Source: Cyanobacteria bacterium P01_A01_bin.123 | GTDB lineage: Bacteria > Cyanobacteriota > Cyanobacteriia > Phormidesmidales > Phormidesmidaceae | NCBI GenBank assembly: GCA_039815185.1 | Contig: JBCBZT010000080.1 | Span: 1 to 25,605 of the forward strand | Direction: 5' to 3' | Length of the DNA: 25,605 nucleotides | Part shown: positions 16,901 through 25,300 of the stretch, in pieces | Layout: each line of letters begins with the position of its first letter | Position numbering within the stretch: the first letter of the stretch is position 1 | Notes under the pieces: generated by a model | What the model was told of the DNA's origin: nothing | What the model saw: only the letters and a program-made list of their open reading frames with translations | Databases searched by the model: none | Position numbers and translations under genes: made by a program

Positions 16901-19003
16901 GGCGCGATCGCCACTCTCCGCTTCTGCGTCTGAATAGAAGGCAATATCGCGATCGCTCAGCCCCACAATTTCAGTCGGGTGATTAAGCCCAATCGCTTTA
17001 GCAAAAGCTTCATTACCCCCTAAATAATGACAGTCTCGATCCTTCCAAAAAATCTGCTGGGGAATGCTGTCTAAAACCAACTGTAAAAACCGCTCTCGCT
17101 GCCGCAGCATCTTCTCTGCCAATTTCCGTTCGGTAATATCCCGAGACACTGCGAGCACTTCGACCCCATTCCCCTGGCCTGGAGAATCAATCACCTTCGT
17201 AATGGTTTCAAACCAGAGATAATGGCCTGCCTGATGGCGAATGCGATAAGTTAGCGTTTGGGACTCCCGTGCCTGCAAAAGCCGTTGATAGGCGATGTGA
17301 AAGCTGACCCAGTCTCGCCTGTGGATAAAATCCAGTAACTGCCGCCCCACTAGTGTCGTGGGCGAGTAACCCAGCAATGTCTGACAGGCCGGAGATAAAT
17401 ATAGACAGGTGCCATCTATTCGATGACGTGAGATCACATCGTGAACATTGTCGGCCAACAAACGATAGCGAGATTCGCTGATTCGCAGTGCTTGTTCAAT
17501 GTGTTTGAGGTTCGTAATCTCGGTGATAAACCCTTCTAACCCGATGAGTTGGCCCGTTTCATCAAAGACCCCAGCGCCTTTTTCCCATAGCCATTTTTCG
17601 AGCCCGCTTTTAGTGCGAATGCGATATTCAACTTCGTAAGGCTGTTTTTGGGCGATCGCATGGTGCATTAGCGCCAAGACCCCAGGCAAGTCTTCTGGGT
17701 AAGTCACGTCGTTATAAGTCACGCGTCGATTTGGCCCAGTCAACTCTTCACTGGTGTAGCCCGTGAGTTGATAGCATCCGTGACTGAGATATCGCATTGT
17801 CAAGCCAGGATCGGCATCCGCAGCAAACACGATGCCGGGTAGAGAATTCATCAGGCTGCTCAATTGCCGCTCCCGCTCGCACAGCGCCGCTTCAGTTTGC
17901 TTAAGGTGCAAGATACTCTCTAGTTGAGTGATTAGGGTGCTGACTAATTGCACCTGTTGAGCATCGATCGCTTGAGGATCGGTGGCAAAAAAGCAGGCCA
18001 CTGCCACGACTTGACCCTGCACAATAATCGGTACGCCAATGCTGGATCGCAATCCGACCTGCATGGCCAAGTCGGCCCTAAGGAATAACACCTTTGGCTC
18101 TTGGGATACATCCTGAATCCACTCGCTTTCTTGCGTTTGCCAGACCCGTCCGGGTAGCCCCACGGCAGGGGCAAAGGTTGTCACTTGGCTAGCTTCGCCA
18201 AAATGGTCGAAAGCAGGACTTGAGGCGTACCAAGTCGAACCGTAGACCAACCGTGGTTGATCGCCATGTTGTTCTACTTGCCAATACTCACCAAAACTCC
18301 AATGGGTAAATTGACAAACGCTCTTAATCACTTGACTCAGGGCAAGGAAGACATCGGCAGATTCTTCAACGGCTTGATTCAGCGTTAAGAATAAATGCAA
18401 AACAGGATGGTTGAAGGGGGGTAGAAGTTCAACCTTAAAGTGATGCAGTTGGGCCAAGCGAGCACTGGTTAATCCGACTAAACAGCGGATATGTTCTAAC
18501 ATTGCTGACGGATATGTTCCGGGGGTTGGATGACTCAGGGTCAAACAGCCTAATGCTTGTCCCTGGTAGCTCAATGGCAATGACAAAAGCGATCGCCCTT
18601 GAGTTACTAAACCCACGGTTGATTGAGGCGGCAGTGAGACAGCGGGAGCAGTCAAATCCGCTAGCAAAATAGTTTGACCTTGAGCCATCACCTGTCCAGG
18701 CCAACCTGCATCCCTCGGCATTAACTGGGGGATAAGTGCAGTATCCCCTGCCAAGCTAAACAGTTGATAACCAGGTGAATTATCCGGATTCAATAGCGCA
18801 ACACTACAGAATTCAACTAAATCCAAACCCTTGAAATAATGCTGTAGCACTGTCAAAAGTTGGTCTGTGTCTGACGCTGAAGCTACCTTTTTTGAAAAAT
18901 ACTGGATTCCTTCAAGAGTAAAAGTATCAATATCGATATCTTGTTGGTGATGCTCGCGATTTTGCAGTGAATCTATTGGTTCCAGCATTGTTTTGTCTGC
19001 CAT
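13940..19003 (-). CDS. Multi-sensor diguanylate cyclase/phosphodiesterase (approx. GAF-GAF-PAS-PAS-PAS-GAF-PAS-GAF-GGDEF-EAL)
   Basis: HDALTGLPNR, FLDLDRFK..NDTLGH, I-site REQD, RWGGDEF, VEALIRW, ELEITE, DDFGTGYSSL, LKIDRTF; PAC motifs DITERK/EDITARK. Confidence 0.95.
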   Translation of the reverse strand: MADKTMLEPIDSLQNREHHQQDIDIDTFTLEGIQYFSKKVASASDTDQLLTVLQHYFKGLDLVEFCSVALLNPDNSPGYQLFSLAGDTALIPQLMPRDAGWPGQVMAQGQTILLADLTAPAVSLPPQSTVGLVTQGRSLLSLPLSYQGQALGCLTLSHPTPGTYPSAMLEHIRCLVGLTSARLAQLHHFKVELLPPFNHPVLHLFLTLNQAVEESADVFLALSQVIKSVCQFTHWSFGEYWQVEQHGDQPRLVYGSTWYASSPAFDHFGEASQVTTFAPAVGLPGRVWQTQESEWIQDVSQEPKVLFLRADLAMQVGLRSSIGVPIIVQGQVVAVACFFATDPQAIDAQQVQLVSTLITQLESILHLKQTEAALCERERQLSSLMNSLPGIVFAADADPGLTMRYLSHGCYQLTGYTSEELTGPNRRVTYNDVTYPEDLPGVLALMHHAIAQKQPYEVEYRIRTKSGLEKWLWEKGAGVFDETGQLIGLEGFITEITNLKHIEQALRISESRYRLLADNVHDVISRHRIDGTCLYLSPACQTLLGYSPTTLVGRQLLDFIHRRDWVSFHIAYQRLLQARESQTLTYRIRHQAGHYLWFETITKVIDSPGQGNGVEVLAVSRDITERKLAEKMLRQRERFLQLVLDSIPQQIFWKDRDCHYLGGNEAFAKAIGLNHPTEIVGLSDRDIAFYSDAEAESGDRAVMANNQPELGVLRSQRVHDQGWRWLECSKFPIQSEEGETLGVLGTCEDVTDQLNSARALAKREQYMSALVDVQRQLLALDRDACAEDWLPILAPLGQVAEACRVYIYKLHRNTQPPCFRQVAEWSAQGIPSTTGLAAFQQIPMAPPFEDWLAHLTQGEAINQTQDDFTELQRQLLSAPPANVRSLLLLPLVVKAQLIGTIGFSNCQTPQRWENTEVELLRGASVALSLVYERWQVEESLRQTEAKYRSIFENAVEGIFQSTLDGHYTTVNPMLAQLYGYESPEDLITSLENIGEQLYVDPNRRSVFVALIQAQAGSVLSFESQVYRKDGSIIWVSESARAIYDSHHRIIGYEGTVEDITARKQAEVELYRRDRFLQGVAVASHHLLATADFDTAIERALAVLGEAAEADRVYIYQNHAEPVTGKPMMTMCHEWSRPGITPSIGQPHWQSLPYSSYGLMRWHDIFSAGQSIRSLVRDLPKSERELLAKDQILSLLMVPIFIDGQFWGYIGFDACLRAKIWSRNEESILVAIAASVGSAIKRQQTEAQMRYQAFHDALTGLPNRMLFNQHLPLAIDHAKRTGETLAVMFLDLDRFKTINDTLGHAVGDQLLEQATQRLTQTLREQDIIARWGGDEFTLILPNLPLPGDVVNVAQRLLESLKAPFRLGEQDLYVTSSIGIARYPQDGEDMKTLLQNADAAMYRAKEEGRNKYQFYTTTINSKASERLVLENSLHHALARGQFLLHYQPQINIVTGKIIQVEALIRWHHPEWGVIAPDTFISIAEENGLIVPIGEWVLRSACAQNKRWQNQGIAPLRVAVNLSPRQLQQPNLVETVDQILKETALAPEFLELEITETAVMRDVDVANATLNRLRTMGVRVTMDDFGTGYSSLSYLKKFPLHGLKIDRTFIQDLTEKIEDHAMIAAIVALAKGLKLDVIAEGVETQTQVDLLRSLDCHEIQGYWLSKPLAVQQSTQFLKHHWQHFHQLSSP

Positions 19004-19321
19004 AGACTTCAGAAATCGGAGCCTTTGAAGTTAGCAAAATAATTGATTAAAAATAATTTAGGCAATTTGATATGAGGGGGCTTCTAGTAGGAAATATAAG
19101 AATGCTGAAAAAGCAAGAAAAAACAAACGAGTTTCTGATGTGAATTTTAACTCAAATCTATCAGGCAAAAAGTAATCGCCCCTGAGAACCGATCCTGAAA
19201 TCAGATGCCAGCTTCTCTAAAGGACTCCCAACTTTAAGTGGGTGAGAACCCTAGAGATAGGCATCAAGGATCCAAAACAAGTCTGTCTCAGCATACCCAT
19301 GTGACCCTGCGTCTCTGCACT

Positions 19322-20524
19322 TTATGACTTGGCAAACCGGGGGCTGCTCACAATGCAGGCCGACGCTAACACAAAGAAAAGGCTGCCTATCGATACAATG
19401 AAGCTAGGCGCCAGGGACGCGGTCGTGTCGCTGAGTGCGCCAAAGAGGGCCGAAGAAACTGCCCCGCCGCTAAAGTACATGCCTGTCCCTAAGCCTGCCT
19501 TTTGGGGTGGGACTAAAGATAGCGCGAAGGGAATAGTGCCGTTTGAAACGATGCTGAAACTGGCACCAAACCCTAAGGCAATCAAGGCTGCTATCACGGC
19601 GTTGCCCGCGCCGCCAGCCAGGAGACCTAGGCCAGCCAAGATGATTAACCCTAAAGCCATCGTGCGTCGGTTGCCCAGATATCCCGCCAATTGTCCACCG
19701 GGAATGGCAACCACCGCGATCGCGATAAAAATCAACCCGACAATTAAGCTAGTCGGGCCATCGGGCATCTGGGCTTTCACCAAAGCTGGGAATCCAGTCA
19801 TCAAGCAGCGAAATCCCAGGGCGACGCCAAAACCCGTGCCAAAGATAAACCCTAACCCTGACCAAGAGAACGGTTGCACAGTTTGCTGAGTGGACGCTGG
19901 TGAAGCATCGGTGATACCCACGGTTGGGTTAACTTGGCGCAGCGCTGCCGCTGCCGCTAACAACACAAAAGACCCAATCGCGAATGTGATACCTGGGCCT
20001 AGGCTCAAAATCCAAGTGCCTGCCAATGGCCCCAACGCTCCAGAGATACCCCCCACCAGGGTGAGAATGCTGGCCGCTTGAGGTAATTGAGTCGAAAATG
20101 CATAGCGGCCTAACAACGAGATCGCTGGACTGCGAAAGACGGTCATGGCTAAGGCCCAAGCCACCAACATCATGGGCAGGAGCCAACGCACTGGGGCAGA
20201 GCCGACCCCAAAAATTACCACTGCTGGAATACCGATAAAGCAGCCAGAGGACAAGATCAAACCGAAGGCAATCATCGGGAATTGGCTACCCATCCACTGC
20301 TGGGCGCGATCAGACAAACTGCCCATTAGGGGCTCCATCACGGCTGCCAAAACATTTTCGATAATCAGCAATCCCACCGCTAACGTTTCCGAAAAGCCAA
20401 ACTGGGTCAGGAGTTCAACCAAATAGAGGTTATAGATTACCCAAACCAAAATCACTGCGCCTTGTACCAGCGCCAGCGCCCAAACTTTTAACCACAAGAC
20501 CTGAGTTGAGGAAGATTTCATCAT
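19322..20524 (-). CDS. MFS transporter
   Basis: About 12 hydrophobic segments; motif A-like PLMGSLSDR and GQLAGYLGNRR. Confidence 0.88.
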   Translation of the reverse strand: MMKSSSTQVLWLKVWALALVQGAVILVWVIYNLYLVELLTQFGFSETLAVGLLIIENVLAAVMEPLMGSLSDRAQQWMGSQFPMIAFGLILSSGCFIGIPAVVIFGVGSAPVRWLLPMMLVAWALAMTVFRSPAISLLGRYAFSTQLPQAASILTLVGGISGALGPLAGTWILSLGPGITFAIGSFVLLAAAAALRQVNPTVGITDASPASTQQTVQPFSWSGLGFIFGTGFGVALGFRCLMTGFPALVKAQMPDGPTSLIVGLIFIAIAVVAIPGGQLAGYLGNRRTMALGLIILAGLGLLAGGAGNAVIAALIALGFGASFSIVSNGTIPFALSLVPPQKAGLGTGMYFSGGAVSSALFGALSDTTASLAPSFIVSIGSLFFVLASACIVSSPRFAKS

Positions 20525-20694
20525 TCGCGAATTCTGTAGCAGTGGAGGCCATAGTGCTAGCTTGCCCGAAAGGCTAGGTTGCCGTCTAATCTCCTACATT
20601 TAGTTACACAAAAAATGGGGATGTTCCGGCACGAAACATGTCCTAGGGTTTCCAACCCGAGAACATGAATAGGGGGAGTCAGGTAACTCTGAAT

Positions 20695-21531
20695 CTAACA
20701 ACCCGCGTCTCCTTCAACTGGTATTTCAATTGATTCACCCGCACTCTCCAAATGCAGGGTGCCACTTTCGATGTCAACAACTTCGTAGCGTTGCTCACCC
20801 AGACTAACGGTGACTTCAGCCTGGGCCGCGCTGTCCAGGCTAGTAAAGCTTTGATTGATGGCCTGACCATAGAATTCCTCTCCAGAAGCAGCTGTTCTGC
20901 GGAACTGAGTCATGCGACCATTCAGCTTCATCCACATGGAGGTGGTTTCCAAGCCGTTAGAAAAGATGATTTGGTCGCTGCCAGCCCGGATAAGTGTCAT
21001 GCCACAGCCGCCGCCACTCACGGCAAATAGCTCATCAATGGTGTAGTTATCAATGCGAACTGTACCCATTTGGTCTGTGGGGGAGGCATCGGCGGTGTTA
21101 ATGAAATCGCCGCGAATCCAGCCCTCAGCGCCAGATTCGTCAAACTTGATGTAGTACCAGGTCAGCCCGTCAGTCCCCGAAGCTGCCTTTAACAGCTTCA
21201 CGGGATCCCCGACTAGACCATAACCTTTGGCAGTGGATTCAGCGGCGGGTTGCGATCGCAGATTGATTTGAGCATCCGCCTGCTGCGCCCTCAACTTTGC
21301 GGATTGGGGAGGATTAATGGGTGTCTCGGCTGGAGACGTTTGATGCTGAGGGGAGGATGTGGCTGAGTTTGACGTTTCTTCAGCTGTGGAAGCTGAACTG
21401 TCTAATGCATCTGAAGTCGTCTCTGGGGAGGACGATGTCTCTGAGTCAGCTTGCTCTCGTTGGCAACCAGCCAGGGTGCTAGTGCCCAAGACTAAACTTA
21501 GCGCGATCGCGACGTATAGTACCCGTTGCAT
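20695..21531 (-). CDS. Lipoprotein with bacterial SH3 domain and Ser/Thr-rich linker
   Basis: Lipobox LAGC; INLRSQP...GYGLVGDPV...WYYIKF...EGWIRGDFI. Confidence 0.85.
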   Translation of the reverse strand: MQRVLYVAIALSLVLGTSTLAGCQREQADSETSSSPETTSDALDSSASTAEETSNSATSSPQHQTSPAETPINPPQSAKLRAQQADAQINLRSQPAAESTAKGYGLVGDPVKLLKAASGTDGLTWYYIKFDESGAEGWIRGDFINTADASPTDQMGTVRIDNYTIDELFAVSGGGCGMTLIRAGSDQIIFSNGLETTSMWMKLNGRMTQFRRTAASGEEFYGQAINQSFTSLDSAAQAEVTVSLGEQRYEVVDIESGTLHLESAGESIEIPVEGDAGC

Positions 21532-21625
21532 CTTTCTACTGAGTAATCCACAGCCAAATCATAACTGTCGAATGAAATGGTTGAGTGCGAAAACAACATC
21601 TGAGAAGGCTGCTTGGCATATTGGC

Positions 21626-21883
21626 ATGGGGATTGCCCCGGCTGGGTTTGATAAAGCAAACATGGGACATCGTCACTTATGGGTCGATTTGGAAACCCTG
21701 CCAAATCTAAAGGAAGCCCTTGCCGAAACCGACCACGTTAAACATTTTGGCGGGGGTCAAACAGAAGCAACGTTGACCTTACCGCCCGGCGAGCATAGGT
21801 TGCAACTGTTATTGGCGAACTATGTGCATATTCCCCATGAGCCGCCTGTGATCTCTGAGCCCGTCACGATCACGGTGGAATAG
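21626..21883 (+). pseudogene. DUF4399 family protein, apparently 5'-truncated
   Basis: GMGIAPAG...GHRHLWVD...HFGGGQTE.TLTLPPGEHRLQLLLAN..HIPHEPPVIS. The usual signal peptide and N-terminal strands are missing; similarity begins abruptly near 21620. Confidence 0.65.
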
Positions 21884-21895
21884 TGTCAAGGGGGG

Positions 21896-22042
21896 TATCC
21901 TTAGATTGCAAGGGGATGCAATGGCGAAGCGTCACAGAGCGATCGCGTTGGGGGTTGCTGTCATAGCGTTGCGGGGTGCCGCAATGGCATTACGAGTTGA
22001 TGCAATGGTGTTGCAGGGGCATGCAATGGCATTGCGGGGGGA
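21896..22042. repeat. Degenerate 21-bp tandem repeat, about 7 units (consensus approx. TGCAATGGCRTTGCGGGGG)
   Basis: Units at 21917, 21938, 21959, 21980, 22001 and 22022 keep a 21-bp phase. Confidence 0.75.
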
Positions 22043-22101
22043 TGATACCCTTTTGCGTTGCAACGGCTACAGTTGAAAGCCCTTTGGGATGTGGCTTCTG
22101 C

Positions 22102-22132
22102 AATCCAAAATCGCAAATCTAAAATCCAAAAT
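22102..22132. repeat. STRR-type heptamer repeat (AATCCAA-like, x4)
   Basis: AATCCAA AATCGCA AATCTAA AATCCAA AAT. Confidence 0.8.
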
Positions 22133-22320
22133 TGGTAGTAATGCCACTGCATTAACGCTTCAGACCTGAATTACTTGTCACTCAACCAGTTGAGTCAGCC
22201 AGTAGACAATAGGGTAACGATGCAAGTTGGAATGCCGTTTTGATGCAATGAAGTTTACAGTTATACCTAAATCAAAGTCTTGCCTCCATAATTTTTCCGT
22301 GAGCCTAGGGGAGTGCCTCG

Positions 22321-25300
22321 GTGTCTATTCAGAAATCGGTTGAAGAGGTTCTCAAGTTTCTGCGCTGGATTGCGGAACTGATCGTCACTAAAAACTGGTT
22401 TGCGCTGCTGGGATTGCTCACTATCTCGATCTATTGCCTGTTTACGCCCCCCGAACTCAATGTCCTCAGTATTTTGGGTGGAGACCGAGGCGGCTGGTTG
22501 ACAAGACTGTTTGAACAAGACGGTGGTCTGCCTTCGTGGTATGTGCCGGGATTTGTTCTGATAGAGCTGGGGCTGATTGTCAGTGCGCTGGTGATTGCTG
22601 TGCGGTCTATGCCAAAGCCTGATGGAGGCAAGCTGGCGGATGTGGCGGAGCGGAAAGCGATCAAGGGATTGCGTCCGTTTAGCTCAGAAGACGCAGCCAT
22701 CTTTGCCAAGCTACAGCGGACGCAAAGTCTCAGGGATTGCCTGGAATCGATTACCAGCAAGACCTTTCGGTTTGGCATTTTGATGGGGGAATCGGGCTGT
22801 GGTAAAACGTCCTTTTTGCAGGCGGGGTTGTGGCCGCAGTTGAGTAAACCAGATGCGACCCACGCGGGCATTTATGTGCGTTTTAGCGATCAAGACCCTA
22901 TCTATACCATTGCTAAAGCGTTGGCGGAGCAGTTAGAGCTGCCGCTAGACTGGCTGATCCCCAGTGAATCGGCCCATACGCTGGTGGGGAATGGACGACC
23001 TGCGAAAACTTCACGCCCGGATCAGCAAACAGCCAGCCAGCCAGTCGGGCCTGCACTGTTTCTAACGCTACTGACTCAAGTGACTGACGCGAGCGATAAG
23101 CCGCTGGTGTTGCTGTTAGATCAGTTTGAGCAGTTTTTTGTGCATTACAAGCGGGCGGAGCAGCGGCAGCCGTTTGTGCAAGCATTAGCACAGTGGTATC
23201 GCAGTGCGGATCCCTTGCCTGTCAAGATTTTGGTCTCCATTCGGTCGGACTTGATGTATCAATTAGACGATCTGCATCAGGCGTTGGGCTATGCCTTGGG
23301 GCCACAGGAGGTGGTGCAGCTCAAGAAGTTTACGCCAGCGGAAGCCGCCTCGATTTTGGGCGTGATTGCGCGGGAAGAGCACTTGGCCTTTGAACGCAAA
23401 TTCGTGATTGATCTGGCGGATCAAGAATTGGCGAATCGAGAAGATGGGCTGATTTCCCCAGTCGATTTGCAAATTTTGGCCTGGATGATTGATCGCCAGA
23501 CTGGATCTGAGACTCGCGCTTTTAACCGTATTGCCTTTCAGAAATTTGGTGGGGTTGAGGGACTGCTACAGCGGTTTTTGGAGCGGACGCTTGAGGCCCG
23601 CGTGACCCAAGGCCAACGTCAGTCAGCGGTTAAGGTGTTGCTGGCGTTGACCGATTTAGACCGACAAGCACGGGCTGGTGTGTTAACCGTGCCTATGTTA
23701 GAAGGCAAGCTGAAGGATACGGTCAAGTCTGAGGAGGTGAAAGAAGCGGTTACCTGGTTAGCGCGGGGGGATGTGCGGTTGATTACACCCCAGGCGCAGG
23801 ATAGAGAGATGGGGTATGAGCTGGCTCATGAGCGGCTGATTCCGGCCTTGATGCAACAGGCTGGGAAAGAACTGTCTGCGGCTGACAAGGCCAATCAACT
23901 GCTAGATCGACGGGTGAATGAGTGGTTGGGGAATCAGCGCCAGTCTCGCTACTGGTTTGGGCTGTGGGAGCTGTGGCAAATTGAGCGGCAGCTTCCCTAT
24001 CTGGTGTGGGGGCCAAAGCGGCGGCAAAAGGAGCAGCTATTACGATTCAGTCGGCGGCGGGTCTACGGCATTGTCAGTGGTCTAACGCTGGTGGCAGTGA
24101 TTGCTGCAGGGGTTAGCGGCTGGTGGTTTTATACCCCGTCAGGCCAGATGCAGCAGGTGCGCTCCCAGCTGTTTAGCCATTTGGAGAATGCGGGTACCTT
24201 CAAATCAGCCCATGTGGCCTTGGCCTATGCCAAACATGGAGAGTGGGCCAAAGCTCAGACGATTCTGAAGGCTCATGTTGCCAAACAAGACCGCGATATG
24301 TCCTGGTTTATTCGTGAGGTTGCTGGTTTTCTGCCCTATGCCGATGACAGGCAACAGGGGTTGAGCCAACCATTAACAGCCTTAGCAGAAACGATTGAGG
24401 ACGACAGGTATAAATCGTTGGCGTTGCGTGCCATTGTCGCCGCCGCTGTCGAGTTAAACGACGATGCCCAGGCCGCGCAAGTGTTAGAAAAATCCCTCGC
24501 TGCCGCTGAAACGATTGAGGACAAAGGGTCTAAATCGTTGGCGTTGGGTGCCATTGTCGCCGCCTATGTCGAGTTGAACGACACCCCCCAGGCCGCGCAA
24601 GTGTTAGAAAAGGCCCTCGCCGCCGCTGAAACGATTGAGGACGACTGGCATAAATCGCGGGCGTTGGGTGCCATTGTCGCCGCCTATGTCGAGTTGAACG
24701 ACACCCCCCAGGCCGCGCAAGTGTTAGAAAAGGCCCTCGCCGCCGCTGAAACGATTGAGGACGACTGGCATAAATCGTTGGCGTTGCGTGCCATTGTCGC
24801 CGCCTATGTCGAGTTGAACGACACCCCCCAGGCCGCGCAAGTGTTAGAAAAGGCCCTCGCCGCCGCTGAAACGATTGAGGACGACGGGTCTAAATCGTGG
24901 GCGTTGCGTGCCATTGCCGCCGCCGCTGTCGCGTCAAACGACGATACCCATGCCGCGAAACTCCTAGAAAAATCCCTCGCCGCTGCTGAAACGATTGAGG
25001 ACGACGGGTCTAAATCGCCGGCGTTGGGTGCCATTGCCGCCGCCGCTGTCGAGTTGAACGACACCCCCCAGGCCGCGCAAGTGTTAGAAAAGGCCCTCGC
25101 CGCCGCAAAAACGATTGAGTACGACAGGTCTAAATCGGAGGCGTTGAGTACCATTGCCGCTGCCGCTGTCGCGTCAAACGACGATGCCCAGGCCGCGCAA
25201 GTGTTAGAAAAATCCCTCGCCGCCGCTGAAACGATTGAGGACGACGGGTCTAAATCGGAGGCGTTGAGTGCTATTGCCGCCGCCGCTGTCGAGTTAAACG

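Noticed and set aside
19200..19262. Guanidine-I (ykkC) or c-di-GMP riboswitch upstream of the GGDEF-EAL gene (CTAGGGTTC on the minus strand)
   Set aside because: The downstream conserved ykkC elements and the GEMM motifs are absent.
20593..20608. NtcA/HLR1-like site upstream of the MFS gene
   Set aside because: It mismatches both consensus sequences and has no supporting context.
21359..21625. N-terminal extension of the 174-aa ORF
   Set aside because: It mostly overlaps the SH3 lipoprotein gene antisense; DUF4399 similarity starts only near 21620.
21961..22152. 63-aa minus-strand ORF
   Set aside because: It is simply the translation of the STRR and 21-bp repeat tracts, with no independent coding evidence.
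22431..24016. Several short ORFs in the track
   Set aside because: All overlap the long frame +1 STAND ORF, which carries clear motifs.
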